From the NCBI GenBank assembly GCA_049968255.1, contig JBMFRB010000001.1, forward strand, positions 320,001 through 384,000: a stretch of DNA of 64,000 bases, in the 5' to 3' direction. Shown in pieces: positions 11,168 to 20,734 of this stretch (within the stretch, counting starts at the first letter, position 1; each line of letters opens with the position of its first letter). The notes beneath the pieces are model-generated. The model did not search any database and had not been told where the DNA came from. It was given only the letters and a program-made list of their open reading frames with translations. Position numbers and translations under genes: made by a program. The DNA comes from Candidatus Sumerlaeaceae bacterium. GTDB lineage: Bacteria > Sumerlaeota > Sumerlaeia > Sumerlaeales > Sumerlaeaceae.

Positions 11168-11761
11168 TCATTTTTTCTGTGTGGCAAGCGGCTCGAAGAG
11201 TCGTTTGGAGAAGATCGGGGTTGGGTTTGCTGTTGCCGAGTCACTCTCGCGTGACTTTGTAGCCGAATCGGCTTTGACCGGCGGTGAGCTAGACGAAGGG
11301 GGAGCCCAGATCGACGCGCGCTCGACAAACCGCCCTGATGAGTCATAAAAGTAAGCTGTGCTGCCATAATGCACTTCGCGACCGATCATGCGGCCGGCGC
11401 TGTCGTAATAGGTAAAGCCGTCGTACGTGCGCGTCGCTGAGCCCCTGGCGGAGCCACTGGCATCTTTGAATGAGACCTGCGACTTACCGAACGAAGTCTG
11501 CTTACCGAGGGCACGGCCACTCGATGAGTAGAAAGTCGCGTCGCCGCTTCCCACGGATGATGATCTGGCGGACATCACAAAAGCACCGTTCGGCGCGTAG
11601 TAGGTTTGGCTCGATCCTCTCAGTTCTACTTTGCCAGCATTCTTCCCCGAGGCTGCACTATACGTCACTGACTCTGCCCGGGCCAGGGGGCCGGCGGCGC
11701 ACAAGAAGTAAGCAAGCGTGGTCAGACAGACTCGACATAAGGCAGTAGACGCTCTCTTCAT
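11168..11761 (-). CDS. Secreted hypothetical protein with (Y/F)(Y/K)D-x-x-G beta-hairpin-like repeats
   Basis: SD GGAGGT and ATG 11761; signal peptide ending ARA-E; repeats YYAPNGAF, FYSSSGRA, FKDASGSA, YYDSAGRM, FYDSSGRF. Confidence 0.75.
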   Translation of the reverse strand: MKRASTALCRVCLTTLAYFLCAAGPLARAESVTYSAASGKNAGKVELRGSSQTYYAPNGAFVMSARSSSVGSGDATFYSSSGRALGKQTSFGKSQVSFKDASGSARGSATRTYDGFTYYDSAGRMIGREVHYGSTAYFYDSSGRFVERASIWAPPSSSSPPVKADSATKSRESDSATANPTPIFSKRLFEPLATQKK

Positions 11762-11816
11762 GGTCGTGCACCTCCCCCAGTGTTCACTCCGTGAGCCTGC
11801 ACAAAAACACAAAAAG

Positions 11817-11901
11817 TGCCGGGGACGGGAGTCGAACCCGTACGACCGAAACGGTCGAGGGATTTTAAGTCCCTTGCGTCTGCCACTTTCGCCACCCCGG
11901 C
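11817..11901 (-). tRNA. tRNA-Leu (anticodon TAA), CCA not encoded
   Basis: Minus strand GCCGGGG TGGCGAAAGTGGCAGACGC A AGGGA-CTTAAAA-TCCCT, long variable arm CGACCG-TTT-CGGTCG, ACGGG-TTCGACT-CCCGT, CCCCGGC A. Confidence 0.97.
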
Positions 11902-11980
11902 ACAGATTTGTGCTTTTCCACAGCGTTTTACACCAAAGGTGCCCGTCGCGTTCACCGCGAGAGGACAGTGCGGCACGACG

Positions 11981-13006
11981 TCACGGACGCAGACACATGG
12001 CCAAGCGCACTTCTCGCATCGTCTCCTCGGCCACAGCGCGAGCTCGTTCGGCTCCCTTGCGTAGGACTTCGTCCACGTAGTCGGGATTGCGTTCGAGCTC
12101 TTCGCGGCGGCGCCGAATTGGATCAAGCATAGCGTTGAGAATCTCCGCCAGTTCTTTCTTGTTTTGGGTACACCCGCGTAATCCTTGGCGGCACTCTTCC
12201 CAGGAGGTACGGTAATTCTCAGGATCGTAGATTTTACGCAGTTGGCAGACGACGCAGTTTTCGGGCACTCCAGGATCGGTTTTGCGGAGTTTGGTTTCGG
12301 TAGTGATCATTTGGTTAACCTTGGCCACCACCTCCTGGGCTGTGTCACGGATGTAAATCGCATTGCCATACGAGCTGCTCATCTTGCGCCGATCGATGCC
12401 GGGCAATGTACCTGTGTCCTCGCGGATGAGCGCCTGAGGCTCAGGAAAGATCTCGCGGTAAATGTGATTGAAGCGTCGAGCAATCTCGCGCGCGATCTCA
12501 AGATGTGGCGCTTGATCTTTTCCCACGGGAACCAGCTCTGCTTTATAAATGAGAATGTCCGCTGCCTGCAAAACGGGGTAGCCAAGTAGACCATAGGATA
12601 TGTACTCGGCAACATTTTCCTCGCTGTATTTTTGTTCAAGTGTTGCAATTTTATCTTTATATGTGGGTTGCCGTTCGAGCCATCCAACGGGCGTAATCAT
12701 GGAAAAAAGCAGATGCAGCTCTGCGTGTTGTTTGACGTCGGATTGAAGGAAAATTGTGGTTTTCTCAGGATCGAGCCCGACGCTCATATAGTCCACGACG
12801 AGCATTCGCGCATTGCTGGCGATTTCCTCAGGGTTCTTGAAGCGCGTGGTATAGGAATGCCAGTCGGCCACGAAGCAGAACATGTCGTAAGAGCCATCGT
12901 TCTGAATGTTGACCCACTGGCGCAGCGCGCCCTCAAGTCGGCCGAGGTGAATCGGGCCAGTTGGTTGCATACCGCTCAAAAGTCGTGGTTTGCGCATCGT
13001 CGTCAT
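11981..13006 (-). CDS. trpS: Tryptophanyl-tRNA synthetase
   Basis: LSGMQPTGPIHLG, VADWH, FLQSDV, YPVLQAADIL, VPVGKDQ, KMSSSYGN; SD GAGGA before ATG 13006. Confidence 0.96.
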   Translation of the reverse strand: MTTMRKPRLLSGMQPTGPIHLGRLEGALRQWVNIQNDGSYDMFCFVADWHSYTTRFKNPEEIASNARMLVVDYMSVGLDPEKTTIFLQSDVKQHAELHLLFSMITPVGWLERQPTYKDKIATLEQKYSEENVAEYISYGLLGYPVLQAADILIYKAELVPVGKDQAPHLEIAREIARRFNHIYREIFPEPQALIREDTGTLPGIDRRKMSSSYGNAIYIRDTAQEVVAKVNQMITTETKLRKTDPGVPENCVVCQLRKIYDPENYRTSWEECRQGLRGCTQNKKELAEILNAMLDPIRRRREELERNPDYVDEVLRKGAERARAVAEETMREVRLAMCLRP

Positions 13007-13148
13007 TTTCCTCTTTCGCTTGGTTGCATTCAACTGACGTTACGAGAGCCTACGCTTTGGTGGAATCAAGCATCAAACGTGATTTTACCCCGCCCATGGG
13101 GCATACCGAGAAAAATAAAGTGCTGGCCTCGACCGAGTGTGTGGGATT

Positions 13149-13913
13149 TTATAACCGCACTGCAATGCCGCGAGAGGCGAGATATTCTTTGGCTTCGCGA
13201 ATCTTATAGGTGCCAAAATGGAAAATGGAAGCAGCGAGCACGGCATCGGCCTTGCCTTTGGTAATGGCCTCAGCAAGGTGCTCGAGGTTCCCAGCTCCCC
13301 CTGAGGCTATCACCGGAATTCCTACCGCTTCACTGACGGCGCGGGTGAGTTCGAGATCGTAACCATCTTTGGTTCCATCGCGATCCATACTTGTCAGCAG
13401 GATTTCGCCAGCGCCGAAGCGCTCGACGGTGCGCGCCCACTCAACGGCGTCGAGCCCGCGCGGCTTGCGTCCCCCATGCGTGAAGACCTCAAAGCGAAAA
13501 CGGGAATCCGTACTGCGCTTTGCGTCAATGGCCACGACGATGCATTGGCTACCGAATCGGCGTGCAGCATCGCGCACGAAATCGGGATTCTCGACGGCGC
13601 TGGTGTTAAGAGACACTTTGTCGGCGCCAGCCCGCAGGAGTGCTTTGATATCGTCGAGCGTCCGGATTCCGCCGCCGACGGTCACAGGCATGAAGACTTC
13701 GGCCGCAGTGCGTTCAACAACGTCGATCATGATCTGGCGCTTTTCGTAGCTGGCAGTGATATCGAGAAAAACCAGCTCGTCTGCGCCAGCTTGGTCGTAG
13801 GCGATAGCACATTCAACGGGGTCGCCGGCATCAATGAGATTGACGAAATTCACGCCTTTGACGACGCGCCCGTCCTTGACGTCGAGACATGGGATGATTC
13901 GCTTTGTGAGCAT
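13149..13913 (-). CDS. hisF: Imidazole glycerol phosphate synthase cyclase subunit
   Basis: [62 protein letters not shown]. Confidence 0.98.
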   Translation of the reverse strand: MLTKRIIPCLDVKDGRVVKGVNFVNLIDAGDPVECAIAYDQAGADELVFLDITASYEKRQIMIDVVERTAAEVFMPVTVGGGIRTLDDIKALLRAGADKVSLNTSAVENPDFVRDAARRFGSQCIVVAIDAKRSTDSRFRFEVFTHGGRKPRGLDAVEWARTVERFGAGEILLTSMDRDGTKDGYDLELTRAVSEAVGIPVIASGGAGNLEHLAEAITKGKADAVLAASIFHFGTYKIREAKEYLASRGIAVRL

Positions 13914-13957
13914 ATTTGATCCGAATGCTAGGGCACACTGACCCGCGATCAACCTTC

Positions 13958-14000
13958 AAAAAGCGTGCGCCCGTTTTCGGCGAAGGAAAACGGGAGCACG
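13958..14000 (-). terminator. Intrinsic terminator after trxA
   Basis: Minus strand cgtgc-t-cccgttttc / gaaaacggg-c-gcacg hairpin followed by CTTTTT. Confidence 0.75.
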
Positions 14001-14032
14001 GCGCTTAGGAGCAAGCTATGGGAGAGGGGCTG

Positions 14033-14365
14033 CTAGGCGATGTGACGGTCAATGACCTCTTTGAGCATGGGCTTGGGCAATGCGCCCACAATGCGGTCGA
14101 CAAGTTGACCGTTCTTGAACAGCATAATGGTGGGAATGGAAGCGACGCCGTAGCGAGCAGCCGTCTGCTGATGGTCGTCGACGTTGAGTTTGCCCACCTT
14201 GAGTTTGCCAGCGTATTCCTGAGCGAGCTCCTCGATAATCGGCGCGACCATGCGGCAGGGTCCGCACCACGGCGCCCAGAAGTCCACGAGATAGGGCACC
14301 GAGCTGCGAAGCACTTCCGTGTCGAAGGTCGCATCGCTGAGTTCGCTGACGTAAGGTGATGCCAT
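14033..14365 (-). CDS. trxA: Thioredoxin
   Basis: LVDFWAPWCGPCRM, SIPTIMLFKNG; 110 aa. Confidence 0.98.
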   Translation of the reverse strand: MASPYVSELSDATFDTEVLRSSVPYLVDFWAPWCGPCRMVAPIIEELAQEYAGKLKVGKLNVDDHQQTAARYGVASIPTIMLFKNGQLVDRIVGALPKPMLKEVIDRHIA

Positions 14366-14375
14366 AGATTTATCC

Positions 14376-15137
14376 TCAGGTGTAAGATTGAGCTAAAGCC
14401 ACTGCATCGGCGAGAGAAATTCTACCGTCGTACAGTGCTTTGCCCACAATTACGCCGCGCAAGTTTGGCTTATTCAGAGCGCGAAGTCTCGCGATATCCT
14501 CTAGCGCACCTACACCACCGGAAGCAATTACCTCGAGCGAGTCGAGGGCCAGAATCTCCTGGAGGGCGTCGAAATTGGGCGAGGTGAACATGCCATCGCG
14601 GGCAATATCCGTGTAGATCACAGTGAGGTGCGCAATCTCGCTCACGAGCTCGCGCAAAAAATCCACGGCACGTATGTGAAGGATGTGGGTCCAGCCCCGG
14701 GTGGAAAGAAAACCATCACGCGCATCCGCTCCAAGGATGATCTTGTGGCCATGCTCAGCGATCATTTGGCGCAGGAAAGCTGGATCCTCGAGCGCTTTTG
14801 TGCCGAGAATGACATAATTGATGCCTAGATCGAGTAAGGTCTGAACGGTCCGGGCATCGCGAATTCCGCCGCCCACTTCAAGTTCTACTGTCGTGGCTTG
14901 GCGAATTCGCTGGATAGTGTCGAGATTTTTAGGGCATCCCTCAAAAGCTCCATCCAGGTCCACGATGTGAATTCTTCGCGCGCCTTGGGTTTCGTAGGTG
15001 CGTGCGACTTCAGCAGCGTCCACAACGTAGCGCGTCTGACGACTGCGCAGGCCCTGTTGCAAACGCACGCAGGCACCGTTCATGAGATCAATGGCTGGGA
15101 TTACTAAAAAGGGGACGCTCCGACCGTATCCAGTCAT
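14376..15137 (-). CDS. hisA: ProFAR isomerase
   Basis: VIPAIDLMNGACVRLQQG, IHIVDLDGA, EVGGGIRD, YTDIARDGM, IASGGV, GKALYDG. Confidence 0.95.
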   Translation of the reverse strand: MTGYGRSVPFLVIPAIDLMNGACVRLQQGLRSRQTRYVVDAAEVARTYETQGARRIHIVDLDGAFEGCPKNLDTIQRIRQATTVELEVGGGIRDARTVQTLLDLGINYVILGTKALEDPAFLRQMIAEHGHKIILGADARDGFLSTRGWTHILHIRAVDFLRELVSEIAHLTVIYTDIARDGMFTSPNFDALQEILALDSLEVIASGGVGALEDIARLRALNKPNLRGVIVGKALYDGRISLADAVALAQSYT

Positions 15138-15233
15138 GCCGTTTTCACTTTCTCAAAGGATATGGCGGCAGCGTACAAGCCACCGCCAATGCCATGGCAT
15201 TGCCAAGAGCTGCCGTAGACGAGGCCGCCTAGC

Positions 15234-17015
15234 TTACAACTGCTCGTAAAGCTCGACGAGCAGAGCGCGGCGGCTGGGGTGACGCAGCTTGTTCAGCGCC
15301 TTGGTTTCGATCTGACGCACACGCTCGCGCGTGACGTTGAAAATTGCGCCGACTTCTTCAAGTGTGCGCGGGAAATCGTTGTTTCCAATGCCGAAACGCA
15401 GGCGCAGGACTTTCTCTTCGCGATCGCTCAACGTGCGAAGAATTTCATCGATGCGCTGCGCTTTGAGCACCTGGGCAGCCTGATCAGCTGGATCAACGGC
15501 ATCCGGATCACTGATGAAATCACCAAAGGTGGAATCACCCTCGTCGCCGATTGGTGTCTCGAGCGATATTGGCTGCTGCGCGATTTTTAGCACTCGGCGA
15601 ATCTTTTCTGCTGGCAAGCCCATGCGCTGAGCTAACTCGTCGGCCGTGGGCTCGCGCCCCAACTCTTGCACGAGTTGGCGGCTCGTGCGGGTGAGCTTGT
15701 TTATGGTCTCGATCATGTGAACGGGGATGCGGATTGTGCGCGCCTGATCTGCGATCGCACGCGTGACTGCCTGACGAATCCACCACGTTGCATAAGTGGA
15801 GAACTTGTAGCCGCGCTGATACTCGAATTTGTCCACGGCGCGCATAAGTCCGATATTGCCTTCTTGGATGAGATCGAGAAACTGGAGGCCGCGGTTTGTG
15901 TAGCGCTTTGCGATGGAAACCACCAAACGGAGGTTGGCCTCGACGACTTTTGTCTTCGCAGCACGAGCGATTTGCTCGCCGGCTTCGATTTCCTTCACGA
16001 TGACAGCAAGCTCGTCGAAGGTATTGCCCGCTTCCTTTTCCAGTTTTTTTACCGTGCGCTGGGCTTCGCGGACACGTTTGTCGAGTTTGATAAGCTCGTC
16101 GAGGGTAAGACCGTACTTTTTTTCTAGCGCCCTGGCCTCCGGCGAATTGCGGCGGGTTTTCTTGACGATGCGGCGCAGGTCGTCCTCGCTGAGCATGGTG
16201 CTCATGACGACTTCACGAATCTGATTGTTCGCTTCTTCGATCTGCCGATAAACTTCTTTGATGTGCGTGGCAATCTCCTCGATGACCGTGAAATTCAGGT
16301 CAATGGCAAGTAGGTGATCGAGGATTTCGCGGCGGCATTTCTCAATCTGTTTGTGAAGGGTGGATCGTTTTCGCTCCGAGAGCTCAGGATCCTCGAGCTG
16401 ATCCAAGAGGGCAAAAATCTGCGCGTAGTGGTCGAGAATTTTGTCGACGTTATCCAGCACATGATGCATGTAGCGTTGCCGGACCTCGGGATCCGACTCA
16501 TCAATGTGTGGGCGGAGAATGTCATCGAGATTGACCGCGCCGGATTCGACACGCGTGCGAAGTTTGCGCAACTCGTTGGCGGTAGCGCTGGCGCGGGCGA
16601 TGGCTGCGGTGATTTCGTGTCGGCCTTTCTCAATCTCTTTCGCAAGCGCCACTTCTTCATCGCGAGTGAGAAGCGGGACCTTGCCCATTTCCATGAGGTA
16701 GAGTCGGACTGGGTCGTCTATCTTGGCTCCGTCGCCGTCCTCATCGTGCACTCCATCTAATTCAATGGGCTTGTTTGGATCGAGTTCCTCCTCCAACTCC
16801 TCCGCAGCACGAGCCACTCCTGCGGCAATATCCTTGTCGTCGTAGACCTCGATATCGAGCTGTTCGAGCTCCTCGAGCAACGATTCCATATCCTGAACCG
16901 TGGCGTCCTCGGGAAGACTATCGTAGATCTCGTCGTAGGTCAGGTGCCCCCGCTCCCTCCCCAGGTCAATCAAGCTTGCAAGATCATTCGAACGTGAACT
17001 ACGTCCTGGTTTCAT
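15234..17015 (-). CDS. rpoD: RNA polymerase primary sigma factor (regions 1.1, 1.2, long non-conserved region, 2-4)
   Basis: [74 protein letters not shown]. Confidence 0.98.
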   Translation of the reverse strand: MKPGRSSRSNDLASLIDLGRERGHLTYDEIYDSLPEDATVQDMESLLEELEQLDIEVYDDKDIAAGVARAAEELEEELDPNKPIELDGVHDEDGDGAKIDDPVRLYLMEMGKVPLLTRDEEVALAKEIEKGRHEITAAIARASATANELRKLRTRVESGAVNLDDILRPHIDESDPEVRQRYMHHVLDNVDKILDHYAQIFALLDQLEDPELSERKRSTLHKQIEKCRREILDHLLAIDLNFTVIEEIATHIKEVYRQIEEANNQIREVVMSTMLSEDDLRRIVKKTRRNSPEARALEKKYGLTLDELIKLDKRVREAQRTVKKLEKEAGNTFDELAVIVKEIEAGEQIARAAKTKVVEANLRLVVSIAKRYTNRGLQFLDLIQEGNIGLMRAVDKFEYQRGYKFSTYATWWIRQAVTRAIADQARTIRIPVHMIETINKLTRTSRQLVQELGREPTADELAQRMGLPAEKIRRVLKIAQQPISLETPIGDEGDSTFGDFISDPDAVDPADQAAQVLKAQRIDEILRTLSDREEKVLRLRFGIGNNDFPRTLEEVGAIFNVTRERVRQIETKALNKLRHPSRRALLVELYEQL

Positions 17016-17495
17016 ACTGATGCTCAGCCCCTTTGCTCAGAAAATTTCTCTCATCTTTGCTTTCGGTGCCCCTTAGGCTGTTTCTTGAGAAATAAAGTAT
17101 TCCCTCACCTCCTTACTCTCTAAGTCGGAGAGAGGTCAGCATAGGACATGGCCGCGCACGAAATTTTCTCCTCTTGCTCGAACTGGGGGAAATTCATCAA
17201 TCTAGGTCGCGTAGCTGGCCTGGACGGCAAAGGTTTCACTCCTCTTTCCAGAGGTTCTGTGGTGATTTTTTTCTAGCAACACGCTTGGCGTTTTTCGCGC
17301 CGAAAAACCCATCCACAAACACATGGCGCATTCGGAAATCTTCTCTTGATTTCCTTTTTTCACGCTTGCTCAAATACGTTTTTGCGTGATGGCTTATTCA
17401 TTATCCCTGGCTTGCATGGCGCTTTCTCAGAATCGTTTGCATGTGTTACACAGAATCGAGTTTCATCCCTTGTTGCGCAATGAGGAGCGAAGCGC

Positions 17496-19412
17496 GTGAG
17501 ACGACCCGTAGTATTCCTTGCCAATCACAGCGTTCCCAAGCCTGTGCGCGAGCGATTTCTCCGCGGACTCAGGCAAGCAGGCTTCGAGCCCAAGCCATTC
17601 GTTGCTGATCCACTTCAACGCTGCCACGCGCTGCTCGAGTTTCTCCGCCACGCAGAAAAAGACTGCATTGCCCTCTTTGTGTGCTTGGATACGTCCGAGG
17701 CCATGTTAGCGCGCATTGTGGCGGGACACGCGCAAGGGCCGGTCTATGCTGTGTTGCAAGCGACCGACGGCGAAAAGCTCGTGCTTCCCCGGGAAGAGCT
17801 TGCCCCTGCTCCGTACGCCACAGTTGTGCCCTCAACTCCTGAAGCCCTGATCAGTTACCTGACGAAAATTTCTGTATCTTCGACGACTGAGACGAATAAA
17901 ACTCGTGCCGAGGTGGGGGGTTCGCCAGCTCATGCGGAAAGAGCGCCTTCGGTCACAGGGCGAAGAACGTTCAGCGAGGAAGACGCAGAATGGTTGGCGC
18001 GTCTCGCAAGCGATTTTCGGCCTCGTTTGCGCGAAGAAATTCGGCAACCTCTAAATGTCGCGAAGCAGGCCTCGCTAGACTTTTCGCACGAACTGCGGCA
18101 GATTATCTCACACGCGCGCAACCTTGCCGAGCGGCGGCGAGATGAGTTCGTCACGCCCCTGCATTATCTGGCCGCTATTGCGGGTTTTCCGGAGTGCGCA
18201 GGATATGAGCTCTTGCAGGAAATGGGCGTAGCCCTTGAAACTTTGGTGGAGCGAGTCCTAGCATCGCTTCCACCGGCGGAGGCGCCAGCACCTTGCACGT
18301 TCGCGCCGAGCGAAGAAGCTACAGCACTCGTGGCCTGCTCGAAACGCGTTGCCCGCCAGCGAAACCGGCGTGCACTCACGACGGTGGACCTTGTCGAGGG
18401 CATGGCGCAGCAAACCGAGTCGTTGGCTGCTACCATTCTTGCGGAATTTGGCGCCACGGCGGAGATGATCGCTGCGCGATTGGCAGAATTATCGATTCGC
18501 GAGGAGCAGCCGCCTGAAGAAGCGGATTCGGGAAAAAGCCCCGCTCCCCTTCCGGTTATTGACGCGGAAAAGGTTCGCCAGCTTGAGCGCAAATTCGTAG
18601 CAACACAGCGTGTACCGGTGGAGCAAGGCGATGCGACGAAGATCCCTGAGCAGGTGAGCCCACCCAAGGCCGAGCCTCTTTCTCATGACGCAACCGAAGT
18701 CGTCTCGGTTTTGAAAAGCCCGAATCAACCGGAGGACATCGATTTGGTAGGCGAACGAAAAACGCCGTTGGTGCTAAAGTGTGATCCGCAAAATCCGCCG
18801 TTGGAGGTGGTAGAAGAAGCAGCGGATTCACTGCTTGAGGGGAAGCTTGTGGCCTTCCCTACGGAGACCGTTTATGGGCTAGGAGTAGACGCCACAAATT
18901 TGTCCGCTCTCGAACGGCTTTATGAGGTGAAAGGGCGAGAACGCACACGAGCGATAGCTTTGCTCATTCACTCAATTTCGCAATTGCGCTACGTCGTGAG
19001 GGATATCCCCGAGGGGGTTCACGCGTTGATGGAGCAGTTCTGGCCGGGTCCGCTGACCATTGTTTTCCGGCGACATCCAAACGTGTTCGCTTCGCTTGCA
19101 CCGGACGACTCGATTGGCATCCGGATGCCAGATCATTATGTGGCCCTTGCGATTCTGAGCATGGTCGGGCGCCCCATCGCGACGACGAGTGCAAACCTAA
19201 GCGGCCAGGCACCAGCCCGCGAGGCGAGTGAGATCCTGGCGCAGCTCGGAACAAACGTCGACGTTATCGTGGATGCCGGGCGAAGCGGAGACCAGCCCGC
19301 TTCGACGGTGCTCTCTGTCATTGAGAAACCTTACCGCATTCTGCGCCCGGGGCCCATTACGGCCGCGCAAATTGAGGAGGTCGCGAGAGTCCCTGTTGTG
19401 AAAGAGCCCTAG
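17496..19412 (+). CDS. tsaC: Threonylcarbamoyl-AMP synthase (TsaC/YrdC) fused to N-terminal PurE-like and Clp-N domains
   Basis: C-terminal ~210 aa: VAFPTETVYGLG, KGR, FWPGPLT, IGIRMPDH, TTSANLSG, ASTV, ILRPG. Middle: double Clp-N pattern. N-terminal ~125 aa resemble PurE by eye. SD GAGGAG before GTG 17496. Confidence 0.88.
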   Translation: MRRPVVFLANHSVPKPVRERFLRGLRQAGFEPKPFVADPLQRCHALLEFLRHAEKDCIALFVCLDTSEAMLARIVAGHAQGPVYAVLQATDGEKLVLPREELAPAPYATVVPSTPEALISYLTKISVSSTTETNKTRAEVGGSPAHAERAPSVTGRRTFSEEDAEWLARLASDFRPRLREEIRQPLNVAKQASLDFSHELRQIISHARNLAERRRDEFVTPLHYLAAIAGFPECAGYELLQEMGVALETLVERVLASLPPAEAPAPCTFAPSEEATALVACSKRVARQRNRRALTTVDLVEGMAQQTESLAATILAEFGATAEMIAARLAELSIREEQPPEEADSGKSPAPLPVIDAEKVRQLERKFVATQRVPVEQGDATKIPEQVSPPKAEPLSHDATEVVSVLKSPNQPEDIDLVGERKTPLVLKCDPQNPPLEVVEEAADSLLEGKLVAFPTETVYGLGVDATNLSALERLYEVKGRERTRAIALLIHSISQLRYVVRDIPEGVHALMEQFWPGPLTIVFRRHPNVFASLAPDDSIGIRMPDHYVALAILSMVGRPIATTSANLSGQAPAREASEILAQLGTNVDVIVDAGRSGDQPASTVLSVIEKPYRILRPGPITAAQIEEVARVPVVKEP

Positions 19413-20569
19413 CCATCCGCATGGTCTGCGCTCAGCAACTTGCGGTAGAGTTGGAGGGTTCGCTCGGCACGGTGGCGCTCGGTAAACTGAGAAACGATTT
19501 TTTTGCGCGCAGCCTCGCCCATCTGGGCTGCCCGTTGTGGTTGCCCAAGGACTTCGATGAGCGCGCGACTTAGGCCGTCGACGTCGTTTTCCTCCACGAG
19601 GAGGCCATCCACACCGTGGGTGATCGTGTCGATAAGCGCCCCTTTGCGCACAGCAATGACGGGGCGCGAGGTTGCCATGGTCTCGAGCGCCGCACGGGCG
19701 CTTCCTTCGCTACCGAGGCCGAGAAGAAGCCCTGCATCCATGGCCGAATAGGTATCGGGCAAATCGTCCGTGCGATAGCCTGCCAGCACGACCCGCCTGC
19801 GATAACGCGGTTTGCGTAATTCTTGGCGAAGAAAATCACGCAGCTCACCTTGGCCGACAATCCAGATGACCGCGTTGGGAACAGCGTCAAGTGCTGAGGG
19901 CGCGGCGGCCAGCAACCATTGAATCCCACGATTATATCCAAGATGCGCAACGAGGCCTGCCACCATGGCATCGGGTTTCTCGCCCATGTCCGCGCGAACA
20001 CGGCGGCGGCCTTCCGGGTTGAAGCAAAAGCGGTCCGGATCTACACCTCCAAAAATGAGTTCAATTGGAACACCGCGATAAGCTTGGCGCAGCAGCTCGC
20101 GTTGGGGGCTCGACACCGTGATGACCGCCGCGGTTGCCTTGCTGAAAAGCCACTGGTGAAATGGATCGCGACGCAAACTCTCGTAGCGATGATAGGTGCG
20201 GATGACGAGTGGACGGCGCTGTCTGATGCCACGCATAGCAATGGCTGCAACCCAGTGATCGTGTGGGAGATGCGTGTGAATGATATCGATCCGACGGGTT
20301 ACACAGAATTCGCGCAACTTGAGAAGAAGCTGCCATTGCGTGCGCGGACTGTAATCTAGAGAAAGTGGGATCTCGCGGGCGAGTCGAACTCCTCGGCTGC
20401 TCGCGACCTCTTCAAATGAACGCCCCAAGATTCCCCCCACCCATGTTTCGCATCCCATCCGCTGTTGCCAATACGCGAGGCTGACAGCAGGTTCGGCAAC
20501 CCCGGTCCAGCGATACGTGGACATGAGATGCAAGATACGAAGCGGCTGTTGAAATGCATGTGATTGCAT
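19409..20569 (-). CDS. GT-B glycosyltransferase family 4
   Basis: LRILHL, DIIHTH, GVDPDRF, IVGQG, EGSARAALETMATSRPVIA, DGLLV; start ATG 20569 (or 20629). Confidence 0.9.
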   Translation of the reverse strand: MQSHAFQQPLRILHLMSTYRWTGVAEPAVSLAYWQQRMGCETWVGGILGRSFEEVASSRGVRLAREIPLSLDYSPRTQWQLLLKLREFCVTRRIDIIHTHLPHDHWVAAIAMRGIRQRRPLVIRTYHRYESLRRDPFHQWLFSKATAAVITVSSPQRELLRQAYRGVPIELIFGGVDPDRFCFNPEGRRRVRADMGEKPDAMVAGLVAHLGYNRGIQWLLAAAPSALDAVPNAVIWIVGQGELRDFLRQELRKPRYRRRVVLAGYRTDDLPDTYSAMDAGLLLGLGSEGSARAALETMATSRPVIAVRKGALIDTITHGVDGLLVEENDVDGLSRALIEVLGQPQRAAQMGEAARKKIVSQFTERHRAERTLQLYRKLLSADHADG

Positions 20570-20734
20570 GTCTCTAATTCGACTAACAGTGTGATGAGGT
20601 AGAGAGTTGCAAGGATGCAAATGAGACATAGAGATCGCCGGCTACGACGAGCGCACGAGAGACGACATCGGATTGCATTTAGCAAACACTCCGGGGGGGC
20701 ACATGATCCGGTGAGCGCTCATCGCTGCGCGACA

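Noticed and set aside
7400-11816. Genomic island integrated at the tRNA-Leu 3' end
   Set aside because: Accessory-looking genes lie downstream of the tRNA, but there is no integrase and no convincing att repeat (only a weak tgccgg match at 7441).
17016-17054. In-frame ATG...TGA just upstream of rpoD as selenocysteine or read-through extension
   Set aside because: Five-codon mini-ORF (MREIF) without a good SD or an evident SECIS; rpoD has its own SD and a normal N-terminus.
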